A stretch of DNA of 37,234 bases from NCBI GenBank assembly GCA_032718475.1, contig JAUCBJ010000669.1, positions 1 to 37,234 of the forward strand. Direction: 5' to 3'. The notes under the pieces were generated by a model. That model searched no databases. It was not told where the DNA came from and saw only the letters and a list, made by a program, of their open reading frames with translations. Position numbers and translations under genes: made by a program. Position 1 is the first letter of the stretch, and every line of letters begins with the position of its first letter. The DNA is from Nemertoderma westbladi (Eukaryota > Animalia > Xenacoelomorpha). Below, in pieces: positions 1 to 9,657 of this stretch.

Positions 1-131
1 GTTTGTTTGTTTGTTTAATATTGGTAATACTTTAATTATGTACTTGTAACTTTGTGCTTATTTCTGTTTGTCATTTGTGTTTTTATGGGCGCCCCATTTG
101 CCTGGATTAAAGATTAAATAATAATAATAAT
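1..131 (+). mobile_element. 3' tail of a non-LTR retrotransposon (L2/CR1-like)
   Basis: T-rich 3' UTR ending TTTTATGGGCGCCCCATTTGCCTGGATTAAA then (TAA)n. This resembles the stem-loop plus microsatellite tail of L2/CR1-type LINEs, and it truncates the zinc-finger exon that follows. Confidence 0.45.
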
Positions 132-415
132 ATACTTGAGGGAAGGGATTTTCAAGCAAATGCCACCTAACGAGACACAAATCGTTTCATACTGTTTACA
201 ATCCAAGGCAGTGTAAAGAGGCACCAACTAACACATACAAAGAGATCAACTACAAAAATGTGACAGAGACAGTCAGATTCGATAATAATCTTTTCAGTAG
301 AATCGCAGGATATCTTCCATATCATAAAACCTTATCTTCAATTTATTATCATTCATGCATGCATGATAAATATTATTTGTGCTATTTGTTATCTCTCTCT
401 TCTGCTATACATTAG
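132..415 (+). pseudogene. Truncated C2H2 zinc-finger last exon (copy 0 of the local ZF family)
   Basis: Reads T*GKGFSSKCHLTRHKSFHTVYNPRQCKEAPTNTYKEINYKNVTETVRFDNNLFSR..., homologous to 6183-6520. The second Cys is mutated to TGA. Confidence 0.7.
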
Positions 416-1325
416 TATGACCGTGATAAACTACAGCAAATAAGTTTTTTATAACCTATGTAAATTTGGTTGTTTTTCCGTGTCTCTGTCGTACTATGAC
501 CAGACCATACCTTTTGAATCTTAACATTATCAACAATAAGTAATGTATTTGTAAGAATAGATCCATGATTCAAAGTGCTCTTCAGTGTTCACTATTGTCT
601 CTACTGCACTATCTCGTTAGAAACTGACCGGTATTCAGTATAATGTTGTAACTGGAATATTGATGTACTGCCTTATATACAATTATTCTGGGCTGGTAAA
701 CCCTCTTCATTATCCGTCCTACTTCGTAGCTGATTACAACTATCTAAACAATGGGACGAGTTATCCCAGATAGCATTTTGGATATCAGTCACTGATATCC
801 AAAATGCCCAAAATGATATCCAAATATGTCACTGACAGTGACATGTTGCCAGGACATCCTCTCTGGGATGTTCGATGATGTCCAAATATGAGTTCCCAGG
901 ACATCCCAAAGATATTCCCATATTTATATTTGAGGATATAACCGAGACATCCCCAGGAAGTCCCCGACATTGTTATGTGATGTTATTTAACAATATAACC
1001 TTTTCATCAGGTTCCACTGGAGAGAAATGCGTAATTCGGCGGAAAATTGCGGCCTTCGGGTCCCAAACCATAATAAAGAGGTAATAACAAAACTCATTCG
1101 TTCTGTTCTTCTTCGATGGTTGCATCAGTTAGCGTTAGCGATAGAAAGAAATAATAAAGAGAGAAAACATCATGTTCTTAAAGTTTTTCTACAATTTCTA
1201 AGTTTGAGAAAGTGTATTTGTATTTCTTGAAATCACTAGATAATATATTATGACTCTCTTATAGAGGCATAATCACAGCATATGATATGAGATCTATTGG
1301 AGATAGTTCCAGAAATCACAACATT
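200..1325 (+). repeat. Paralogous segment of the duplicated unit (uninterrupted 'empty' copy)
   Basis: Colinear with 32010-32564 + 33156-34212 + 36440-36472, and partly with 6300-6580 and 28175-28585. It serves as the empty-site reference for later insertions. Confidence 0.85.
764..1023. mobile_element. Putative MITE (CCCAGATAGCA...CCACTGGAG) with internal palindromes, copy 1
   Basis: Imperfect CCCAG/CTGG termini. Internal palindromes TGGATATCAGTCACTGATATCCA and ATGTCACTGACAGTGACAT. Copies also at 28196-28455 and 33182-33911. Confidence 0.5.
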
Positions 1326-2348
1326 TAGTTTGCCTCTTAGTTAATTTATGTAATTTAAAAATGAAAATATCATTCTTATACAGTAGATTTTTTTATGTAA
1401 ATTTAATTTATTCAAAAGTTAGATGAGTCTTCTTCAATATACAGTATTTATAGCTAGTAATTTTAATTATTGTTTTATTTTTCTGAACAACTTAAAGTGT
1501 GTTTTATGTGTGTTCTCCTCCTTTGTGTTGTTATTGACTATAGGCTGATCAATCTCGTTTGGTACACAATTCTTTGCAAAATTTTGATACTTCTCTCATG
1601 AGTCATGATCCATGTTGTGGGGAGTTAAAGTGCGATTGTTGAGTCATACATAGGGTAAGAAGTATCGAATCTAGATCATTTGATTATAGAAAATTATAAA
1701 ATTCTGGAACACAGTTGGACGCCCCACAATGTTGTGGTAGCTATAAAATTGTTATTTCATGGTAGCTAGTAATTTTTTATGTTAGATATAAATAGAATGG
1801 TTTTTATTTATTTTTCCTTTAAATTTAGCCTCTTTATTTATTTTTATAATTAACTTAATTATAATTTCTATAATATATTATTTATTATTGCCCAGCCCTA
1901 GCTTATTTGATATAACAATATCTAAATATTACTAAACAACAGATAAAATTAACTTTATATAACTAAACTTATTAATATTTGGGTACTGATTTAAGGCTCA
2001 AATATTTAAGACATAATATTTAAGACTTAATTATAATTAATTTGATACATTAATTCTACATGCAAATGCATGGATTCTTTTAGGATTTTATTACTTTTTG
2101 ATATTATAAATACAAAAATTTATTTAATTTACTTTTCCTTTTCCTTTTCCTACATTTAATAATAACGTTTATCTATTATAACTAAAAATATTTGTTATAG
2201 AATATTTATATATGATATTTGTTGTTAGAGAACTTATAAAAAAATTCCGCGATAAAAATCCCATAAAACTAATGATATTAGGAAGACTAATCCAACATTT
2301 TCCCAAAAAAAGCTGTTTTGAAAAACACAAATATTGTGAAACAACTTA

Positions 2349-3266
2349 CACCATTTCCCAGAATATACTGTCGTAATTCTGTGACACGCCCCCCCCCCCC
2401 CCCCCTATTTTTTCTATAAATCTTAATGAAATTTTTCTGAAATTTGAAACAGAGATAGTTTCACCTCCCGACCACTGACTGGGTGAGCCAGAATTTTAAT
2501 TTTTGCTTTCAATCTTTAGCTACAAGCGTTTAAAAAAAGTGTCTCCAGCGATATTACACCAGTTACACCGCAGTTATTCTTCTACCTTATAGCTGTTTGT
2601 TGGTACTAATGGAAAGCTGGCCCTGCAAGGATTTCAAATATGTAACACAATTTGAATTTTGTTGAAAAATAGCTGAGATATGAGCGTTCAAATGTTGCAT
2701 GGTTTTGCACCGGCGTGAGGCTATTTTATTCTATTTAATAAATACATCATAATCTGGATTATTTTGTTCATCCAAATACCTAGCTGGGCAACAATGCATT
2801 ACATCTTTAATCTTACTATTACGTAGCTATTCATACATTTAAAAAATGTTCCAGAATATGGTTTTTTTATTAAATAGAATAAAATAGCCTCACGCCGGTG
2901 CAAAACCATGCAACATTTGAACGCTCATATCTCAGCTATTTTTCAACAAAATTCAAATTGTGTTACATATTTGGAATCCTTGCATGACCATCTTTCCATT
3001 GGTACCAACAAACAGCTATACCTATAAGCTATAAGGTAGAAGAATAAACTGCGGTATAACTGGTGTAATATCGCTGGAGACACTTTTTTTAAACGCTTGT
3101 AGCTAAAGATTAAAAGCAAAAATAAAAATTCTGGCTTACCCAGTCAGTGGTCGGGAGGTGAAACTATCTCTGTTTCAAATTTCATGCAATCTCATTAAGA
3201 TTTGTAGAAAAACTAGGGGGGGGGGGGGGGTCACTGAATTACGGCACTATATTCTGGGACATGGTG
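2349..3266. mobile_element. Fold-back MITE with TA TSD (Tc1/mariner-like, non-autonomous)
   Basis: About 390-400-bp inverted arms (2349-~2742 and ~2866-3266; CACCATTTCCCAGAATATA...TATATTCTGGGACATGGTG) flanked by TA at 2347-2348 and 3267-3268. No transposase ORF. Confidence 0.85.
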
Positions 3267-3374
3267 TATGTATACTGGTCATATTGCATCATTATAGCAT
3301 AATGGTGCCTGTGTATAGAATATGTAGTGATTGCGAATATTATCAAGAGTATAGTAAGTAATCCTCTTCAAAAC

Positions 3375-3584
3375 ATGGATTCAATAAGGAGTGCTAGAGA
3401 TAGTGACAGTGACCATAGTGACCATTTGCAAAGTAATCCTTCCACATCTTCCTCAGAACCAACACCAAGACAAAATACACAGAATAACTCCCGCAGGTTT
3501 GTTTCACAACAATCACCTCTTCTCCCACCATTAAGTGGCAGTGTGCAAAGTGGTTTCACTACGGATGGTGGCATAGATGCGTCT
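3375..3584 (+). CDS. Possible Ser/Pro/Gln-rich first exon (perhaps of the ZF gene)
   Basis: ATG in AAACATGG context, open frame MDSIRSARDSDSDHSDHLQSNPSTSSSEPTP..., followed by a GTAAGT donor at 3585. The link to downstream exons is unproven. Confidence 0.35.
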
Positions 3585-3977
3585 GTAAGTGGTTAGTATT
3601 ACTTCACACATTTCTGCAGGTAGTTCAAGGTAACAACCTTTTTTTTTAATAACATCCTTATTTATTAGAATAACTATTTTTAAAGTTACATTAGTTCAAC
3701 TTGAACACTAGTATAAACTTAGAACTAGTATGAACTTAGAGATTAAATACAATTTATAAAGTTTATATCAGTCTCAGCATCGGCCACAACGTTACTTAAA
3801 GCACCTAACCAACAGTCTACTCCGCTAATCAACATGAGCTGTCTCTGCAAGAGCGTGCTCCAACGTTTCTACGCGGCCCTGCATCCTCAAACTAGCCCGT
3901 CCTCGCCTCGGCTACCTCGCAGATTACCCCGGTTTCTCTAATTGGCGTTGGGTTAAATCGTTGTTTCTTTGGTCCGC

Positions 3978-4250
3978 GTGCACATTGGCGCCATTACTAT
4001 TTGTAATTGTAGTTGATTACGCAATGAGGACGGCCACAAAGGGTGAAGATCTGGGATTCACACTACAAGAACGCAGAAGTAGTAGATGTCCGGCAACTAC
4101 AGTCACAGACACCGACTTCGCGGATGACACCGCCCTGCTCTCTAATACACTCTTATACGCAGGTTCTACTGAATAAATAGGAGAGGCCTGTTAAGGAGGT
4201 TGGATTGCATATAAATGCTACCAAGACGGAATTCTTGACATTTAATGTTA
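3978..4250 (+). mobile_element. RTE-like LINE reverse-transcriptase fragment
   Basis: TLAPLLFVIVVDYAMR...TDTDFADDTALLSN, then frameshifted VGLHINATKTEF. These are non-LTR RT motifs (FADD box). Partial copy at ~24809-24885. Confidence 0.85.
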
Positions 4251-5127
4251 ACTTTGATTGGGATGGGCCCAGTGAGATCAGCCCACAACAACGGTATGGC
4301 CGTAAGCTGACAGTATCTGACAGAGTAGTAGAAATGTGGGTAAAATAGATAATGGGCAGCAATAAAATAAAGTTATAAAACAATCATTCAAAGTTCCGTA
4401 TGTTTATGTATTTAAGGTTCATCATGGTTTACAATACGTATAAATAATATTTAAATTGCCACTTTAAATTGTCATTTAAAGGCGCAGGTTGCAGGTTAGT
4501 AAAGGAGCAGGTTACAGAGGCGTTTTGGGAGAACCAAAACAATAATTGAAAGTTAACACATGTGTTTTGTATAGGTCTTTATTCTTTGGTCTTGGTTTTG
4601 TACTCACCCTACCCATGTACTCACACTACTCACCCCTACCCATGCCCCCTCCAACATCCCACACCATCACAGCCTGGCCCCATCTCTAAAGCACCCAACA
4701 TCCCATACTGACCTCGAATTGTACAGTACATGAGCATCCGCAATCCTTCAGAACCTACTAACCCAAACTTGAGTAATCTTAATAATCAACCAACCAGCTG
4801 TAATTCATATAATATTAATAACTGCCCTTCCCATCTTCATTCTTCAATACAAGGATGACCTTTAATCACCCACCAATACTTGCTATTGAGGCACCCCGAG
4901 TGTCGAGGCATCCACTAATATCTCCCTTAGTGGAATCGGGATTAGAGGTTGACCATCCCCTCTGGCGCCACTCCAAACTGCTTAATTTAATTAAACTGTT
5001 CTTTTGTTATCATCTAAAATTATATTTTGTAAATATTACTGTTAATTTACTGTCTCTTACATTAGCTACGATTGCCTAGTTTTATTAGCTAACTAAATCC
5101 TATACAAACTATAATTATTATTTTTAG

Positions 5128-5372
5128 CGCCTTTTAAGCTGCCAAATTATCCGTCATGTCCTATTAAGATTCCTGGGGAAGATCACCGGTACAAGTGTCC
5201 GGTTCAGTGGTGTGATCGTCGATACTCACGATCCGATGGACTCATCCAACATTATCGAAAACATTGGAGATATAAAGAATACGAATGCCATATCTGCAAG
5301 AAGGATTTCAGTTATTTAAATTATTTACGCAGACATGTACTCAGTCAACACACAGGCGAAAAACAATTCCAG
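5128..5372 (+). CDS. EGR-like C2H2 zinc-finger exon (fingers 1-2), copy 1
   Basis: Acceptor TTTTTAG at 5127 and donor CAG|GTTAG at 5373. Encodes PFKLPNYPSCPIKIPGEDHRYKCPVQWCDRRYSRSDGLIQHYRKHWRYKEYECHICKKDFSYLNYLRRHVLSQHTGEKQFQ, aligning to EGR [38 protein letters not shown]. Not in the ORF track (no start codon). Confidence 0.85.
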
Positions 5373-5845
5373 GTTAGAAAATAAAGTTTTATCTTATTCT
5401 AAAACACTTCTAAAATTTAAACTAAAAGTGAAATATCATAATATAAAATCTCAAATATTTCTATCATATTTTTCTGACAATGTGTTGCTGTATGACTAAA
5501 TACTGAGACTAAATTGTCAGTAAATAAATTATAAATTGTCTCTTTCCTTCATTTTGCTTTATATATATGATCAGAATTTGAATGGTTTATTTGATTTTAT
5601 TAATATTATCACTGATACATTTAATTATTTATGTGTTGTTCAATCTGTGTTGGCAGTGTGTGTCATGTACGACCAGCTTTGCGATATATAGAACAACTTT
5701 AAAGGCATACTGGACAAGGAAAAAAAACAACTTTGGAGAATCGCGAAGACTGGAAGGATCTCTGGAAGTCTGGGAGGGGTCTCTCGATATAATAGTAGTA
5801 ATATATAACTACTGTAATATATATTCCATGATATTATTGTTTTAG

Positions 5846-6313
5846 TGCGAAACATGTGGAGCTAAGTTTCTGTTATTTTCCGAGAAAAAACGACATATGA
5901 TACTGGGCACATGTGAACCACCGGTATCCCTGCCAACAGCTGAACCATCACTATCCCTGCCAACAGCTTTCACATTAAGTTGTGGCGGTTTACAGAGTCA
6001 TTTCGGTACAAATAATGGATTAGGAGTGGGTGCTGGCAGTTTACAAAGTACCTCACGAATGGATACAGGAGAGCAGGCATCATACAATTGTGATACTTGT
6101 GGGGAGGGACTTTCAAGCCAAGGCCACCTAACGAGACACAAACGGATGATACATAGGGGAAAGAAGCCATCATACAATTGTGATACTTGTGGGAAGGGAT
6201 TTTTAAGCCAAGGCCACCTAACGAGACACAAATGGAAGATACATATGGGAAATAAGCCATCATACAAATGTGAAATCGAGCATTCGTACTGCATTCAACC
6301 CAAGGCAGTGTAA
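5846..6313 (+). CDS. ZF last exon: EGR-like finger 3, linker, and two extra C2H2 fingers, copy 1
   Basis: Acceptor TTGTTTTAG at 5845 is phase-compatible with the previous exon. CETCGAKFLLFSEKKRH is in frame with ORF 5897-6313, which has two YNCDTCGxGxxSQGHLTRHKxxIH fingers on a 90-bp tandem repeat. Confidence 0.8.
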   Translation, partial: CETCGAKFLLFSEKKRHMILGTCEPPVSLPTAEPSLSLPTAFTLSCGGLQSHFGTNNGLGVGAGSLQSTSRMDTGEQASYNCDTCGEGLSSQGHLTRHKRMIHRGKKPSYNCDTCGKGFLSQGHLTRHKWKIHMGNKPSYKCEIEHSYCIQPKAV

Positions 6314-6579
6314 GGAGGCACCAACTAACACATACAAAGAGATCAACTACAAAAATGTGATAGAGACAGTCAGATTCGATAATAATCTTTTTCAGTAGAA
6401 TCGCTGGATATCTTCCATATCATACAACCTTATCTTCAATTATTATCATTCATGAATGCCTGATAAATATTATTTGTGCTATTTATTATCTATCTCTTAT
6501 GATATTCATTAGTAGACCGGACCGTGATAAACTACAGCAAATAATTTTTTATAACCGATGTAAATTTAGTTGTTGTTTC

Positions 6580-7512
6580 CCCATTTCAGAGATAAACTCT
6601 TTGCGACAGCACAACCTCAACTGGTTGATATCCACTTAAGATCTAGAGATCTTATCGCTGACGCTCCTATGTTACAACGTCCGCCAATCGAAACTACTCG
6701 TGTCGACGGTATACTCGTTGAACCTCCGGACAATCGAGCGGATCTTGTCCGTTGTATGGTACACGAGGTTAACCTACCCGCTAGACCTCTACCAAACTCA
6801 TTTTATGGGATCAAAGATCACCCCTATTATGTCCATTTAACTCAATATTATATGGTGAAACCCGAAGATCCTACACATAGTTTAAGGTTTCTACTGTTGA
6901 TAAATCCCCTCGATCTTGTTGAACTCGAACAACTACAAAAACACTTAGATCAATTGGTTAAAGTAAACTCATTTAGAAAATCTTATAATATTTCAAGAAT
7001 AGAAAATGACGTAATACCTCCATATAATCTCGATGGATTTATTAAAACTCGATTAGTCCATTGGAATTTATATGTATTGTTCAAGGACGTAAAGAATACG
7101 TTGACTTATTCATAAACTCACATCCCGAGTTACAAGAAGTTCATAGACGACCATATGAATATAAAGCCAGAGAACGCGAATTAGAGAGAACAATCAAACC
7201 GAGGAAATTTCTCACTACACACTGTCAACCTACTGCCATCGTGCAAAGGACCAGTACGAGCAGCCATCCTGAAACGAGCTCTAAAGGTTGTTCACCCTCA
7301 ATCCACCGATGTCAACATCGATAAACCGGGTACCTCGACCGGTGGATACACCGACCGTAATCCAAAACCTTCCGATGCAATTGTATTGCACCCTTCCCCC
7401 AGGAGTTATAGCCCTCCTAGTAAAGTGGCTTGCCCTAAAGAGAAAAAGACTCTCACTAGTCTCAAAAAACTTCGTAAATGCCGTTCGCGAAAGAAGGACT
7501 AAAATAGTTTAG
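6580..7512 (+). pseudogene. Frameshifted unknown ORF with C-terminal F-box-like motif
   Basis: Three overlapping ORFs (6570-7115, 7061-7324, 7288-7512) in successive -1 frames. The last ends YCTLPPGVIALLVKWLALKRKRLSLVSKNFVNAVRE. Confidence 0.45.
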
Positions 7513-7574
7513 AGTATTTTTATATATTAGAAACTGTGATTTTTTATATTTTATAGACTTAAATCCCATTTTCT

Positions 7575-8527
7575 GGGAGCGGTGTAAAAGCTTTTGCAGA
7601 CATAACAAGTCATTTTAATGCAATGCGCTGAATACTCTAAAAAGGCCTAGAATTTTTCAGCTACGCGTCTGTCAGAAAATAGAACTAAGATGACGAAATC
7701 TGCCAGCTGATTCTTTGTGTAATGGAGGTTTCTTTGTTTGGACATATTTCAGCCAATCAGAGCAACCTTCCCAGTTATGCCCATAGAGCCCTATGGAAAA
7801 TGGCGTAATGCGGCAGTTTTTCTTAGAATCCTATTTCATTCTGGATTCAGTCAGAAGTTCAGACGTTTCAGACTTTGCCCAAGAACATCTGATGGCTAGA
7901 GTCATAAGAACGTAAATCTATTAACGAACCAAACCGAACATTACGCACGAAACATAACTCACCAACTCAATTCATACATATTTCATACTGACTCTGTTAA
8001 CCGCACTGTCTTAATGCTGTTTTATATTGTTGTTAATTGCTGTTTATATTAATGGATGTTATATTTTGAGAATACCGATAAATAATCGTAAACCCCTCAA
8101 CTTTCTTAATTACTGAGGTAAGAAGAAGGGTGTACCGGTAGCAACTGCGACTCAAATTATAGTGGTTTTTGTGTGAATTAAATGCTATTTCATAATACCT
8201 ACGTGTGTCAGTTGCAATCCTCCTTATATATGATCAAAATCAGTGACGGTCGGCAAGTTAGTGTGAATTAGTGTGAAGTAGTGTGAAGGTTAATAAAGCA
8301 TTTCCTAAAGAATGCGCTATTTGCGAGATTCTATAGCCATCTAGTTGTGATTAGTGTAAGACATAACTCTGTTTTATACTTAAAGCACCACGTCCCAAAG
8401 GAACTGCTAATATTTATCCGAAAGTAAATATAGTTGTCAGAGATTATATAGTAGCGATCAATCAAATGATACAAAGTAGCCTACACTGCAATAACTTCCT
8501 CTGGACCCGAATCCAGTCTCCCACACA
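7575..8527 (+). mobile_element. Putative PPT plus 3' LTR of a second BEL/Pao-like element
   Basis: TTCTGGGAGCGG|TGT at 7571-7585 mirrors TTTGGGGGCGG|TGT at the proven 3' LTR (23798). AATAAA near 8292. The right end (...CACA at 8527) is only a candidate. Confidence 0.4.
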
Positions 8528-9462
8528 GTGGGTCATATGGCGCGCACGGGCTGGCTTCGGCGGATGTAAATTCGGTAATTGGTAAGGGCAATAATCGATT
8601 TATAATTAAAAGGACATTTAAATTGGCAGGTTAAACTGTCTAAAAGCGCGAACGAAAATATTAAAGAGTGTAATAGGCTAATAACAGAATAATCAGCATG
8701 AAAAGGAAACCAGTACTCAGTACTGCACTGATGGTAGGCATACACTACACTGAACTCCAGTATTCAGGTACCGGTAGGCCTACTGCTGTACTGGACTGGC
8801 TACAAATAGTTCTGCTTCTGCAGTTCTGTCAGCAGCGGGGCCTAGCCACTACAGCACTAGCTGAGTCGGTAAGCTTCTGCGTACTCAGGTCCTGTTACTC
8901 CTGTACTCCCCCCAATATTTCCGATTTCCCCACCATAAAACCTTGCAACAGTGCAATAAAACTCAAATAGCGTATTAGGCAGTAGTGGTAACTCATTAAA
9001 ATATGAAAGTATGTTGTCGGCTGTATTCCTGAATTTCCAGCTTCCATTGATTGTTTTGGTTAGAAATGTCGGCTGCCATGTAGCTGGCAGTTTACTGCAA
9101 TCAGTTATTGACTCAACAAAAATCACTCCATTCGAATCTCCACCCTCGAAAACCTATAGTGCTTGGTATTCCCTTATTTATAGCCACAATAACTTGGGGA
9201 ATCATATATCATAATAAATTACCCCATTACCATGGCAACAGAACGACGTGATACATATGACCATGAAAATGTTAAAAATGGATTTATCGACCCCGAAAAC
9301 CCTATAATGGACTATTTTGTTTTACATTCAAAGTCAGTTTAGTATGAGAACTGAATGGACCCCGCTAGTGGGGGCTTACTTTTAGCTCTGCCAGTCCTGT
9401 AGTAGTAGATTGGGTTCAGATAGGTTCAGATATGACTTAAGTACTATCCGGAAAAGTACTGT

Positions 9463-9537
9463 AATTGTTGTGATTTCTGGAACTACAGTATCTCCAATAG
9501 ATATCATATCATATGCTGTGATATGCTTCTATAAGAG
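9463..9537 (-). repeat. Inverted copy of 1256-1323
   Basis: Reverse complement reads CTCTTATAGAAGCATATCACAGCATATGATATGATATCTATTGGAGATA(CTGTA)GTTCCAGAAATCACAACA. Confidence 0.85.
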
Positions 9538-9657
9538 TTCCCTGTCCAGCTGAAGATGGTGTCGAGGATTAACTCAAATATGTCCAGCGCATCTATCTCT
9601 AGCACGTGTCTTTAAAATTTAGATGACAATAAAAACCGAGTGGTAATCAACCAATCT

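Larger units (their letters stand above)
4177..6342 (+). repeat. Segmental duplication, copy 1
   Basis: 4177-4327 matches 24809-24959; ~4410-6342 is near-identical to ~25927-27846. Confidence 0.95.

Noticed and set aside
5970-6294. Antisense ORFs over the ZF exon
   Set aside because: Shadows of the repetitive sense-strand finger coding.
7190-7212. TIKPRKF resemblance to EGR IKPRKY
   Set aside because: Short match with no downstream finger; likely chance.
9545-9590. Hammerhead (CTGAAGA...) at the BEL target site
   Set aside because: GAAA is missing and no stem I pairing is found; at best a degenerate Penelope-like relic.
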